In this document: in pieces, positions 17,958-28,500 of the stretch
Layout of the letters: the number at the start of each line of letters is the position of its first letter
Numbering within the stretch: the first letter of the stretch is position 1
NCBI GenBank assembly: GCA_040756015.1
Contig: JBFMAC010000013.1
Coordinates: forward strand, 6,483 to 70,482
Length of the DNA: 64,000 nt
DNA from: Pseudomonadota bacterium
GTDB taxonomy: Bacteria > Pseudomonadota > Gammaproteobacteria > Burkholderiales > JBFMAC01
Direction: 5' to 3'
Program-made: the position numbers and the translations under genes
Notes under the pieces: model-generated
Database searches by the model: none
What the model saw: only the letters and a program-made list of their open reading frames with translations
What the model was told of the DNA's origin: nothing

Positions 17958-18680
17958 TTGTCAATTTTACCCAGGAAATTTTTCGACAACCGCTCGATGG
18001 CGGATCGATTGCTGCCGGCACAGCCTTGCCTGCTATGTGGCACGGATGGCGACGGCAGCGCCACCGGGCCGTTATGCAGAGAGTGCTGCTCCGATCTGCC
18101 ACCATTGCCTGCGGCGCGCTGCCCGGTATGTGCATTGCCCACACCGCACGGGCAAACCTGCGGACGCTGCCTCAAGCGCCCGCCGCAATTTTCGGCATGC
18201 GTTGCCGCCTTCGCCTATGCCTACCCCGTCGACAGGTTGATGCTGGCGCTGAAATACGGCGCCAGGCTGTCGGTGGCGCCGGTTTTTTCCCAAGCCCTCA
18301 TGCTCGCCGCAGCACAGGCAGTACCGCCGGACCTGATCGTGCCGATGCCGCTGTCAGCGACGCGGCTGCGCGAGCGTGGCTACAACCAAGCGCTGGAGAT
18401 TGCAAAACCGTTGGGACGACGTCTCGGCATCACCGTGGCTACGGACGCCTGCTTGAGGGTACGCGACACCGCGCCGCAAGCGGATCTGCCGCTCAAGGCG
18501 CGGCTGCGGAACGTGCGTGGAGCTTTCGCCGCCACCGCGTCGGTCGCGGGCAAGCATGTCGCGCTGGTGGATGACGTGATGACCAGCGGCGCCACTGCCA
18601 ACGAAGCCGCCAAGGCGCTGCGCAAACAGGGTGCGCTGAGCGTTTCGGTATGGGTAGCAGCGCGCACGCTACCGGGTTAG
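17958..18680 (+). CDS. comF: ComF family protein (zinc ribbon plus phosphoribosyltransferase)
   Basis: CxxC pairs, RGYNQA and [10 protein letters not shown]; start uncertain (17949, 17958 or 17997). Confidence 0.9.
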   Translation: MSILPRKFFDNRSMADRLLPAQPCLLCGTDGDGSATGPLCRECCSDLPPLPAARCPVCALPTPHGQTCGRCLKRPPQFSACVAAFAYAYPVDRLMLALKYGARLSVAPVFSQALMLAAAQAVPPDLIVPMPLSATRLRERGYNQALEIAKPLGRRLGITVATDACLRVRDTAPQADLPLKARLRNVRGAFAATASVAGKHVALVDDVMTSGATANEAAKALRKQGALSVSVWVAARTLPG

Positions 18681-19777
18681 TGTAGTTGCTTCAGACGCTG
18701 TTCGACGAAAACGCGCAAATCGTCATGCAACGAATTCGACACGAGGGCGCGTTGATAGGCCAGGCGTGCCTCCGCATCGCGCTTTTCCGCCTGCAACGAA
18801 ATCCCCAGCCCCATCCACCACTTGCCGACCTGCGGCTGTAAACGCAACGCCGCCGCATACTGTTCCACTGCCTCGGCATGACGTTGCTCGCGCTGCAGCA
18901 GCGCGGCGAAAAACGCCAGGTAATCCGGATTGGCGGAGGCATACGGCAATACCGCGCGCAACGTCGTCATCGCACCTGTCGCATCGCCTCGTTCCAGTTC
19001 GATACGTGCCAGCGTCATTGCATAGCCGTTATGCACCGGATCGATTTTCAACCCCTCGCGCAGCACAGCCTCGGCCGCTTCGGCGCGCTTGGTTTCCAGC
19101 AGCAGGCCAGCATAGGCGAGACGCGCCGATTCGTGGGCGCTGTTGAGCTTGAGCGCGACGACAAAGCCAGCCTCGGCCTCGCTCATGCGCCCCTGCTGCA
19201 TCAGCGCGAATGCCTTGTCGAATTCGTTGTCCGCCTGCTGCAAGGAATTCATCTGCTTTACCAGCTTGCCGTCGGCAGGGATGCTGAAAGAAGGCACCGC
19301 CAGCGGGTGTGCCGGGATCACGGCAGGCGCGCGCGCGACTTCTGTCGCATCGTCCGGCGGCTGCATCTCGGGTTTGGCAGCGGTCGGTGACTCTGCCTGC
19401 CGGGGCGGCAAGGGGAGCGCCGCAGAGGATGACGCCGACGGCGGCGTGCCCAATTCCAGGCTGAGGCGCGAAGCCGGCGGCAACAGGCTGGCCTCGACCT
19501 GCGGCGACGTTGCGGCGACCTCGGGCAGCGCCGGGGATACCGGTAGCGCCGCCGGCTGTGTCCGTATGACGGGTACGGCAGCTTGCCGAATGTCCGTCAT
19601 GCCACTCCACCACGGCACGATTGCAATCAAGCCGACCAGCATCCCCGCCCACAGCAGAGGCCGGCGCGACGGGCGCGGCGCCGGCACCACGCACACCTGC
19701 GCGCGCAGATCGCCTACCGCCTCATCGGCAGCACCGCGTAGCTCCAGGCTTTGCAGCATGTGATTGATCGCGCTCAC
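18677..19777 (-). CDS. mshN: MSHA biogenesis TPR protein MshN
   Basis: Start (V)SAINHMLQSLE, TM helix, Pro-rich linker and TPRs with WWMGLGISL; GTGA overlap with mshM. Confidence 0.85.
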   Translation of the reverse strand: MSAINHMLQSLELRGAADEAVGDLRAQVCVVPAPRPSRRPLLWAGMLVGLIAIVPWWSGMTDIRQAAVPVIRTQPAALPVSPALPEVAATSPQVEASLLPPASRLSLELGTPPSASSSAALPLPPRQAESPTAAKPEMQPPDDATEVARAPAVIPAHPLAVPSFSIPADGKLVKQMNSLQQADNEFDKAFALMQQGRMSEAEAGFVVALKLNSAHESARLAYAGLLLETKRAEAAEAVLREGLKIDPVHNGYAMTLARIELERGDATGAMTTLRAVLPYASANPDYLAFFAALLQREQRHAEAVEQYAAALRLQPQVGKWWMGLGISLQAEKRDAEARLAYQRALVSNSLHDDLRVFVEQRLKQLH

Positions 19778-20739
19778 AGCAGTACCCAGCTCACGCAGCC
19801 CACCGACACCACTGCCGCACCCCACCCTAGCCAGCGCCAGAACCGGGTGCGCGGCTTCGCCGCCGGCGTGTCCGCCGCCGCCAGCGCCACGTGGCGCGAG
19901 GTTGCTTCCTGCTTGCCTTCGCCGTAAGCCAGCATCAGCGCCTTGTGCGCGACGATGTTGACCAGCCGCGGGATGCCACCCGTCACGCGGTACATCATTG
20001 CCACCGCCGCCTTGTCGAACACCCTGCCGTCGAGGTGGCCAGCAACTTTCAGACGATGCCCCAGATAATCCGGCAGATCCTCTTTCGCCAAACCGCGCAG
20101 GTGGTACTGGAAAGTGATGCGCTGCTTGAGTTGCCGCACCGGCTGGTCGTTGAGCTTGTGTTCCAACTCCGGCTGACCGAACAGGATCACCTGCATCAGC
20201 TTGCGCTTCTCGGTTTCCAGGTTGGTGAGCAGGCGCAATGCTTCCAGGCTTTCCATCGGCATCGCCTGCGCCTCGTCCAGGCACACCACGACACGCTTGT
20301 CCTGGCGCGCGAAACCGAGCAGGGCTCGCGTCAGCGCCTTGGTCACATGATGCAGGTCGGCGTCCTTGTCGACCGTCACGCCCAGCTCTTCCGCCAATGC
20401 CGCGAGCAGGCTGCGCGGTTCCAGGTAGGGATTGGGCACGTAGGCGGTGATGAAACGCTTGCCGCGCAGATCGGCATAAACCAGCCCGTCCTCTTCCGCG
20501 GCAGTGCCGGCGCCGACCTGCGGGGCACCGCCGCTGTTCAGGCTGGACAGGAATTTTCTGCACAGCAGGGTCTTGCCGGTGCCCACCTCGCCGGTGATCT
20601 TGAGGAAACCTTCGCCGTTGTTCACCGCGATCAGCAAGATGTTGAGCGCCTCCTGGTACGCCGAACAGGCGAAGAAAAAGCTGGTATCAGGGGTCAGGCC
20701 GAAGGGCGGCTCGCGTAATCCGAAATGCGCTCGATACAT
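19774..20739 (-). CDS. mshM: MshM / ExeA-like AAA ATPase
   Basis: HFGLREPPFGLTPD, GEVGTGKT, DEAQ and GQPEL motifs. Confidence 0.92.
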   Translation of the reverse strand: MYRAHFGLREPPFGLTPDTSFFFACSAYQEALNILLIAVNNGEGFLKITGEVGTGKTLLCRKFLSSLNSGGAPQVGAGTAAEEDGLVYADLRGKRFITAYVPNPYLEPRSLLAALAEELGVTVDKDADLHHVTKALTRALLGFARQDKRVVVCLDEAQAMPMESLEALRLLTNLETEKRKLMQVILFGQPELEHKLNDQPVRQLKQRITFQYHLRGLAKEDLPDYLGHRLKVAGHLDGRVFDKAAVAMMYRVTGGIPRLVNIVAHKALMLAYGEGKQEATSRHVALAAADTPAAKPRTRFWRWLGWGAAVVSVGCVSWVLL

Positions 20740-20758
20740 AATGCCTCCTCGCAGGATG

Positions 20759-22480
20759 CTATGGCTTGCCGCCGCGTTCCATGCGCTGCAGGCGGTCGCG
20801 TGTTTCCAGGATGTTTTCCGCCCAGTCGCGGTCGCCTTGGATCACGGTGGGCTTGAGCAGGATCACCAGTTCGCGTTTCTCCCCGACCTCCGAGGTCTGC
20901 CCGAACAGCGCACCGACGCCGGGCATCGAACCTACCCCCGGCACCTGCGAACGGCTGTTGGTTTGCGACTGCCGCATCAAGCCGCCGATGGCGACGATCT
21001 GGCCGTTTTGCGCGCGCACGATGCTGTCGGTTTCGCTGACATCGCTGGAAGCCAGCGGCAGCGTGTATTTGCCGGCCGCCCCCAGGTCGATGTTCTTGCT
21101 CTTTTCCGCCACCACGCTCACTGAAGGATGCACATGCAGGATGATATTGTTGTTTTCGTCGATGCGCGGCATCACGTCCAGCGCGATGCCGGAGAAGAAC
21201 GGTTGCAGGGTCAACGTCGGAGTGCTGGTGGTGGCCGTGCCAGTGGTGGTGGTGGTAGAGACGTTGGTGATGAAGAATTCGTCGGTGCCGACTTTCAGCA
21301 CCGCCTTCTGGTTGTTGAGGGTGGCAATGCGCGGGCTCGACAACACGTGCACCGTGCCCTGGCTTTCCAGGAAGGAAATCAGCGCAGCGAAGCTGCTGGT
21401 CTGGAACGCTAGCCCGAACAGCCCGCCCGTCGCCGTAGCGAGACTGCTGATGTCGGTGCCCGGGGTGACGCCGGCGGTACCGAACGGCGAGGCAGTCAGT
21501 GCCGCGCCGCCCATCGGCACGGTGGTCACGTCGCCCGGTTGCAGCGTCGCGCCCTGCCCGAGCAGCCCGGCCGAAACCCGGCTGCCGGGGCCGGTCTTGA
21601 ACGCTGCCCAGTTGATGCCGGCCTGATAACCGTCGCTCAGGCGCACTTCGATGATCTTCGCTTCCAGCATGACCTGGCGCTCGACCGCGATCTGCGAGGC
21701 TTTCAGGTAAGTTGCCACGTTGCGCAGTTCATCGGGCATGGCGCGCACCACCACCATGCCGGAATGCGGATTCACCACTACGCTGCGCCCGTTGCTGGAA
21801 CCAACGATGGCGTTGAGCGCGCGCGACAGCTCCTCCCAGAAATCGGTGCTGGAAGTGGTGGTGATGTGGCTGCTCTCGAAGCTGCGCGTCGCAGCGGAGG
21901 TAATGGGCTGCGTCGTGGTGCTGGCAGTACCGGAAGTGCTCGCCGATGCATTGTCGCTCACCGAGCTCGAGGTCACACGTATGCCTGAAGTACCCTTACG
22001 CTCGCCGCTCAGGTAGTTCACCTGGAACAGATGGGTCTGTATGGTGAGTGGCTGGATGTAGATGCGCGTGCCGTCGAGGCGGTAATCGTAGCCGTACAGG
22101 TCGCGTATCGCTTCCAGCGATTCCAGCACGGTGACATCCTTGAGGTTGACGGAAATGTTGCCGCTCACCTCGGGGTGCACCAGCATGCTGTAGCGCGTGC
22201 CGGCGACGATGCCCATGAACACCTGCGCCGCCGGCGCACCGTTCACCACCAGGTCGAATTTCGGTTCCAGCGCCTTGGCGCCGGCGTCCGGCATCTCCAC
22301 CTTGAGCGGCGGCAGCAGCGCCTGGCTCACCGCGTCGGGCTGGGCCGGCACGACACGTTCCTGGGCGGCCCGATCCAGCTCGCCGGCGATCTGCTCGGCG
22401 GTGGCATTGCGCTTGGCGCCGCTCGCCGCGCACCCCGACATCGCAACTACCAACATCCCCAGCAATATTTTGTTCATCAT
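20759..22480 (-). CDS. mshL: MSHA secretin MshL
   Basis: Lipobox MSGC, QVMLEAKIIEV, LSSPRIATLNNQKA and ELVILLKP. Confidence 0.95.
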   Translation of the reverse strand: MMNKILLGMLVVAMSGCAASGAKRNATAEQIAGELDRAAQERVVPAQPDAVSQALLPPLKVEMPDAGAKALEPKFDLVVNGAPAAQVFMGIVAGTRYSMLVHPEVSGNISVNLKDVTVLESLEAIRDLYGYDYRLDGTRIYIQPLTIQTHLFQVNYLSGERKGTSGIRVTSSSVSDNASASTSGTASTTTQPITSAATRSFESSHITTTSSTDFWEELSRALNAIVGSSNGRSVVVNPHSGMVVVRAMPDELRNVATYLKASQIAVERQVMLEAKIIEVRLSDGYQAGINWAAFKTGPGSRVSAGLLGQGATLQPGDVTTVPMGGAALTASPFGTAGVTPGTDISSLATATGGLFGLAFQTSSFAALISFLESQGTVHVLSSPRIATLNNQKAVLKVGTDEFFITNVSTTTTTGTATTSTPTLTLQPFFSGIALDVMPRIDENNNIILHVHPSVSVVAEKSKNIDLGAAGKYTLPLASSDVSETDSIVRAQNGQIVAIGGLMRQSQTNSRSQVPGVGSMPGVGALFGQTSEVGEKRELVILLKPTVIQGDRDWAENILETRDRLQRMERGGKP

Positions 22481-22848
22481 GGTTTGCTTTCCGTTTTCCC
22501 GGGCAAGGCGGGCAGCGCATCCTGCCGCTCGCGCTTGTCCACAAATGGGAACAGCCTCAACACCTGCACGCTCCCCCCGTCCTTCAGGACAACCTCGCTT
22601 TCGCTGACCCTGATGAGCCGTGCCCCGCCATAAATATCCCCCTGCTCCACCGTCTGTCCGTTGATGATCGCCGCGCGCCGCTGCGGGGAAATCATCACCG
22701 ACTGCAACTGCGGCGCCGAAGAAACCACTGCGCCCTTGCCCCGGTACAACGCCGCCGGCGGACGCGTGGGATCGCGCAGCTCGCCTGCCTGCGCCGCGCT
22801 CATGCCCAGCGCCAGCATACCCGCCAGCCCGATCAGACCGTGAGCCAT
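22477..22848 (-). CDS. mshK: MSHA biogenesis protein MshK
   Basis: LRDPTRPP, LQSV and AIING motifs. Confidence 0.88.
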   Translation of the reverse strand: MAHGLIGLAGMLALGMSAAQAGELRDPTRPPAALYRGKGAVVSSAPQLQSVMISPQRRAAIINGQTVEQGDIYGGARLIRVSESEVVLKDGGSVQVLRLFPFVDKRERQDALPALPGKTESKP

Positions 22849-23516
22849 GTCTTGTCCATGCTCAAGGTATACAGCGTCAACGTCAGCGTCGCCGCCGGGT
22901 AAGTTTCCACGCTCAGGCTGGCCCTGCCCCAGTACATATGTTCCGGCAGCCTTTCCAGTTCCACCAGGTAATTCATCAGATCGAGATAACCGCCGCGCAC
23001 GGTAAGCTCGACGCCGTGCTTGTAAACCAGTTGTCCCGGCACGCCCTCTGCGGCCTTCTCATCTTTGGCATCCTTCACGTCTTCGAGCAAACTGGAAACC
23101 GGCAGGGTCTTGAGCGCCAGCAGTTGCAGGCGTCGATTATGCTGCAACATGCGCTCCAGCAAATCGGCTATCTTTTCCGGCGGCACCAGCCCATCCTGCT
23201 TGCCTTGCAAGAACGTCTCCGCTTCGGACAGTTGCCGCCTGATTTGCGCCAGCCTGGCGCGGTTGGCGGAATTGGGATCCTCGCCCCTGGCCTGCACCAG
23301 CGATTCGATCTGCACGCGGATCGCCTTCATCCGCTCCTGCTGCTGCACCACCTGCTCGGACAATTGCTTCTGGCGTGCCAGCAGCGGATCGAGGAATAGC
23401 GTATTGATCAGTGTCACCACAATCAGCGCCGCGGCTGCGAATACCATGGCGCGCTCGCGCAGCGTCATCTCGTCGATGCGTTCGGCCAGCCGCTTGATTT
23501 TTTCCAGTGCCTTCAT
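22833..23516 (-). CDS. mshJ: MSHA biogenesis protein MshJ (PilO-like)
   Basis: LRER, TM helix, LVPP, YKHGVELTVRGGY and YTLS motifs. Confidence 0.88.
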   Translation of the reverse strand: MKALEKIKRLAERIDEMTLRERAMVFAAAALIVVTLINTLFLDPLLARQKQLSEQVVQQQERMKAIRVQIESLVQARGEDPNSANRARLAQIRRQLSEAETFLQGKQDGLVPPEKIADLLERMLQHNRRLQLLALKTLPVSSLLEDVKDAKDEKAAEGVPGQLVYKHGVELTVRGGYLDLMNYLVELERLPEHMYWGRASLSVETYPAATLTLTLYTLSMDKTWLTV

Positions 23517-24139
23517 CGCACCGCCCCTGTGGCCGCACCTGCCGAACGCAGGCTGAATTCCAGGTAAGGCATGACGTTTTTATCGGCAGCCTGCGCCACC
23601 TGGATGTGCAGGGCGGCAAACTGCTTGCCACGCAGCAACTTCTCGCGCTTGAGGCGCTGCAAATAGGCCGGTACCAGTTCCGCCTCCAGCGCGCGTCCGT
23701 TCAACGACAGCTCACTGCCGTCACCGACGATATCGAAGCCGGTCAGCCACAGGCCGTCCAGCGCCTGCCGCGCAAAGGCGCGCATGTATTCCGCATAGCC
23801 TTCGGTGTTGCCGATGGCGCCGCTCTTCAGCGTCTGCACCGCCGCCTCGCGGAAACGCAGGCGCGCTTCCATCTGCCTCACTTCATCCTCCAGCATCTGG
23901 CTTTTCTGGAGCGGGCCGTACTGGCTGGTGAATTTGGCAAACCGCTCCTGCTCCGCGGCCAGGCGCTTCCTGCCTTCCGCCTCTTGGTCACGCAATGACG
24001 CCACCTGGTATGCCGCATAGAAATAAAACAGCACCGCTCCCGTCACGATCAGGCCCAGTCCCTGCAACATGGTCAACGCGGAAAACACTTTTTTTTGCTT
24101 GAGGAAAACCGGGTTGAACAGGTTGATCTGCTGGCTCAC
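23513..24139 (-). CDS. PilN-like MSHA biogenesis protein (MshI C-terminal part)
   Basis: QQINL, TM helix, GLWLTGF and VPAYLQRL motifs. Confidence 0.82.
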   Translation of the reverse strand: MSQQINLFNPVFLKQKKVFSALTMLQGLGLIVTGAVLFYFYAAYQVASLRDQEAEGRKRLAAEQERFAKFTSQYGPLQKSQMLEDEVRQMEARLRFREAAVQTLKSGAIGNTEGYAEYMRAFARQALDGLWLTGFDIVGDGSELSLNGRALEAELVPAYLQRLKREKLLRGKQFAALHIQVAQAADKNVMPYLEFSLRSAGAATGAVR

Positions 24140-25080
24140 AGCGCCTTCCCTTCCTGGCGCAGCGCGGCACCCAGCACATAGAACGCCTGCACCTGCTGCT
24201 CCGCCTCGGCCAGTTGCGGCACCGCGGAAAAATCCAGCGCTGCGCCGAGATCAAGCATCTCCACCGGCATATACAAATTGTCCGCCAGATAATCGCGCAG
24301 CGCGATGCCTGCCGGCAGCGGCGCAATCACCAGATTGCCCAGTGCCAGGTAATGATACTGATGGTCGAAATGATCAAGCGAGCGCTGTACTTCCAGCGTC
24401 ACCCTCTCGAAAAACTGCCGTTGCAATTCCTCGTCCGCATCGCGCAACTGCTTGAAGCCGATTTCCAGATGGCGCGCCAGGTAAAGCTCGCCGCCGCTGG
24501 TGAAAGTCAGCAGCCCACCCTCCTCGTCGAACGACAGCAACGCCAGCGCGCGCCCTTCCTGCTCGACGCAGGCGGCGATGTTGCGCTGCGCCATCTCCGG
24601 GATATCGATCACCGCGAGGGGAATTTTTGCCTCCTCGAACAGCGCTTCGCGCTTTTGCAGGATTTCGTTGCGCGCTACCACTGCGTACATCGAGTGCTGG
24701 CGCGAGGGCGCATTTTTATCTGCCGGGATATCGAGCACGTCCATGGTAGCGTCGTCCACGTGATAGTCGAGCATGTCGTTCACGCGCCAGCGGATCGCAC
24801 TTTTCAATTCGGCCGGCGGCACGTTGGGCGCTTCCACCAGCAGCATCTGATACTCGCCAGGATTAAGCAGGGTAGTGCAGTTGAACCGCTCCAGATGCCT
24901 GTCTTTCCTGAGTTTGCGCCAGGCATCGACATCGTCCGGCACAATGCGGTGATATTCGTAGCGCAGCACCTGCGGCCGTGCCGCACCGATGCGCTGCACA
25001 TGCGCCAACCCCATGCCATCCTCAAACACGCCGATGGCAAGCCAACCCGGTTCCTGCTTGGTACGCCGAAAAAGCAACAT
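24136..25080 (-). CDS. mshI: MSHA biogenesis protein MshI (PilM-like)
   Basis: YQMLLVEAPNVP, AIRWRV, IDIPEMAQRN and LEVQRSLD motifs. Confidence 0.88.
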   Translation of the reverse strand: MLLFRRTKQEPGWLAIGVFEDGMGLAHVQRIGAARPQVLRYEYHRIVPDDVDAWRKLRKDRHLERFNCTTLLNPGEYQMLLVEAPNVPPAELKSAIRWRVNDMLDYHVDDATMDVLDIPADKNAPSRQHSMYAVVARNEILQKREALFEEAKIPLAVIDIPEMAQRNIAACVEQEGRALALLSFDEEGGLLTFTSGGELYLARHLEIGFKQLRDADEELQRQFFERVTLEVQRSLDHFDHQYHYLALGNLVIAPLPAGIALRDYLADNLYMPVEMLDLGAALDFSAVPQLAEAEQQVQAFYVLGAALRQEGKAL

Positions 25081-25110
25081 GGTTACCACACTATCGGGAT
25101 AATTGACTTG

Positions 25111-25139
25111 AACTTAAATCAACAACGCATTGTTGTCAA
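25111..25139 (-). promoter_or_regulatory. Sigma70-type promoter for mshI-N with an overlapping palindrome
   Basis: Minus strand TTGACA-N17-TAAGTT; palindrome CAACAA-cgca-TTGTTG at 25120-25135. Confidence 0.6.
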
Positions 25140-25210
25140 TGATTTTTATTCCAGAAAACCACCTAAAATTGCGGCTGGCGGGCCGTTTTTTCCTCCCGTT
25201 GCCTAAAAAA

Positions 25211-25493
25211 GGGGCTCTCACGGTAATTTTCTGGCGTGGCAGCCAAGCCACAGGGACCGCGCCAAACGGTAATCGAACGCCGCAAGACCCGCCATGCGGG
25301 TTGGCCTACATCGGAGCGGGATTAAGCGTCGCCCTGAAGGGTGCGGACGTGCCGCAGGCACGGAGGCATCCCTGAATGGGGTACTGCTGCGAAACGGTGA
25401 CGACTTGAAATGCAGGGTTGGACAGCGCTTGCGCCGGACAAGCCAAATGAAAGGCTTAATTCCGCTCCGCTGGAATGCGCGGGCGCAGTCCAA
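25211..25493 (+). ncRNA. Candidate multi-stem structured RNA, family not recognised
   Basis: 16-bp long-range stem (25312-25327 with 25454-25469) plus at least five hairpins; imperfect pairs read as G-U only on the plus strand. Confidence 0.5.
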
Positions 25494-25521
25494 CAAGAAT
25501 TTCTGGAGCAACGAGGCTGCC

Positions 25522-28500
25522 TCAGAAATCCTCGCGCAAATAAATAAACTCGTTGGGGTTCTTGAACACGCCAAAAGTGGCGCGCGCGGAGGGATTCTCG
25601 TTGTACGAGGTGCCAGTCCAGGCACCTTGCAAATAGGTTTTTCCTTCTGTGACCAAGTCCACTGTCACATCGACGCTGCCCTTGCCGGTCGGGGCAGGCG
25701 ATGGCCTGGTGAGCTTGAGGTTGCCGATGCCCACAGCAAACGGACCGGCGAAGCTCACGTGTCCCGTGCCCATGTTGGTCGCGGTAATCCCACCCTGATA
25801 ATTGCCCAGCGTGATGTTGGCCGGAGCCAGGGTGGTGCAGTTGTCATCGGTGTTGGTCACGAACACCGTGCCGTTCCAGTATTGCGCCTGGATGCCGATC
25901 GGCAAATCGAGCACTTCCGAACCGTGCGCGTGGGAGAGCTTCAAGCGGCCGTAGCGTATCTTGCTCGCGCCGACCAAGCCGTGATCGGCAACGGTGTCGT
26001 TGTTCACGTCGAGGTCATAGCTCGCCAGTTTGACACCATCCGCATCAACCGGATCCATACCCAGATTGAACGACTCATAAGGCCCATCCGGCGCGGCAGC
26101 GCGCGTGAGGCCCAAATCGGCGTTGAGTGTGCCCACTCCCGCAGCCCAATTGCCGCTGCTGCTCGCGCCGGCAATGTCCAGGTTCAGGCTCGGCGTTGGC
26201 GCGGCCAGGTCGATCGCGCCGAAGCCGTAATTCGCGGGCACTGCACCATCAAACTTGGCGAATGCGCCGTTGTAATTCGCGGTCGTGGCATTGACAGCGT
26301 TCTGCGCGGTAAGAGTGAATGCAGCGCGGAATTTTTCACCCGCATAGGTAAAAATCGAAGCAGGAGTGCAGATCAAGTCGGCACGATTGGCAATGGATGC
26401 ACCGGAGAGTGTAAAGTGGTGTGGGTAAAACCGCCCGACGTTGGCCGATGCCGTACCCGTGGTATTGCCCGCACCCAGGTAACTGCCGTCGGCTATGCCC
26501 GGCGCCAGCGTGACGATGCCGGCCTCGCCCCAGGTAAAATTGGTGCCGGTCGCCACGCCGTTGCTGAACGCGCCGAAGCTGCCGCCCAGCGCCGGATTGT
26601 TCCCGCCCGCGGGTGCCACCAGCGTGGGCGTCAGCGCCACGCCCTCCGGTACCACCTCCTTGCCGAAGTTCGGTGTCGCCCCGTTCAAGGCATTGCGCGC
26701 AGTAACCGTCACGGAGAACGGCGTGCCGGCGGCGATGAACGACGGTCCCGCCGCATCCGCCGCCGCGGGGTTGTCGCCCGGTGTCGGCATCGCCAAGGCG
26801 CCCGCGCCACAGTTAGCGGCATCCGCCGTAGTGCATTTGATCGCCGACAAATCGAAATGATGCGGGCGCACCACGTAGGCGCTGCTGTTGCCGTTCAGGG
26901 TCACCGGAGTCGCCCCGCCGAACGGCGTCACCGTTGTGCTGGCAGTGAGCCTGATCTGCCCGACGTCATCGTAGCGCGCGCTGATCGGCGCCGCGCCATT
27001 GGCATCGAAAGCAAGGCTGACCGGCGTGCCCGTGGGCGCCACGGCAATGGTGTTGATGATGGCCAGGCTGCCCGCCGAACACGTCGCCGGGTCATCGCAG
27101 GTATAGCCCATGTTCACCGCGGCCGTTTGTCCGATGATTGCCGGCGTGCACACTGCCGGGTTGGTGGTGCTGGCCTGTACCGCGCGCAGATAGAGGCCGG
27201 AAGCGGCTACGCCGGAAACCTGGCTAGGGATGCCATAGCTGCCGCCGGTCGGGGTATCAGAAAAAATAAAGCCGGCCAGATTCGCCGTGAACTTGCACGC
27301 AGGATTGCCGAAGTTGCAGGTCGTGGCGCCGGACGGTGCCGGTGTGGCGGATGCGACATCCAACACCACGCTGCCGGCTGCTGCCACTTGCATGTTCTTG
27401 GTCACGCTGCTGCTGCCGCTGGCAATCACGAATCCGGCGCCCGACGCGCCCCCCGTCGTTCCATCCCAATTGACTGTAGGCGTACCGGTCGCACTCAACG
27501 TACCGCTAGCACCAGTTGTATAGGGGGTCGTACAGGCAGCATCGGCGCAGGCCCTGATGGTCAGCGTAGTGGCCGCACAGGTCATGCCCTGGCCATCGGC
27601 GTGCTGAATTTCAAAGTGGTGCGGGCCACTACAGGTACTCATGGTGCTAATCGCGGAAGCAACCGCCGGTGTGTAATTAAAAGTTACATTGTTTTTGATA
27701 TTCAACAATCCGGCCGTGTAGAGTCCTCCTGTAATGATGGCATTGTCGTGTACGTCAATTGCTTTGGCGCCAGCCGTACCACCATAAACCGGTTGAATGA
27801 CGAATCCCGTGAGTTGCGCGTTATTCCCGATCTCGAAGTATGTCGTCGTTTCATAGAGCAGTATCTGCAAATTGCCGGGGTTGCCGCCCACGTTGATCAG
27901 GCTGCCATCCCAAATGCCCGATGAGCCGCCATACAAGGCGGCATCGCCTTTAGCATTGGTTTTGACAAAAATACGAACCAGGCCGTTACCCGACAGCGTA
28001 AGTGTGCCGCCCGTTTTAGTGATGCTGCTACCAACGGTGAGCTTGTTGACGTAATAATCGCCGGGGGCCAACTGCGCCGTTGCGCCTGGCGCCACATAAA
28101 GTTCGTTCATGAAATAGCTGCCGCCGGTAAAAACCCCCGTGCCCGTAGTTACGCGCACATCCCCGTATGAACCCGCCGCCAACCCTCCCGCGCCAACGGT
28201 GGTACGAACGGTTGACGTTGGAATCGGTGAGGGGGGGGCAGGCAATGCAGCGCCCGCCGCACTCCAGGTCGTAGTTGAACCCGGACTCAAAATCGAGTTG
28301 CCCGTACCTGTAACAGCCGTACCATTCACATTGGTTCCGGCGCCAATCGTGGTTGTGCTCCCGGATGCGACTACATTGCCACCTGCGGGCATGGGAGGAA
28401 GCAGCGAATTGCACCCCCCGCCGCCCCCTCCCCCGCCTCCGCCACAGGGGGATGTGCCCAACACGGTGATTCCGGCCGGATGCGGGCAGGTCACGCCCGT

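Noticed and set aside
18677-20563. Extended N-termini in the ORF track (mshN 628 aa; also bioH, gpsA, grxC, moeB, M1 peptidase, surE, pglL)
   Set aside because: The extensions overlap upstream genes; the real starts are at downstream coupled start codons.
25167-25493. Group I intron, retron or tmRNA interpretation of the structured region (GACT/AGTC and TTGCGGC/GCCGCAA pairings, GGGGCT start)
   Set aside because: No interrupted host gene, imperfect P7, no reverse transcriptase in the window, and no TPsiC arm or CCA end.
25294-27924. 876-aa plus-strand ORF starting in the structured intergenic region
   Set aside because: Almost wholly antisense to mshQ, with Arg-rich shadow composition and no recognisable domain.
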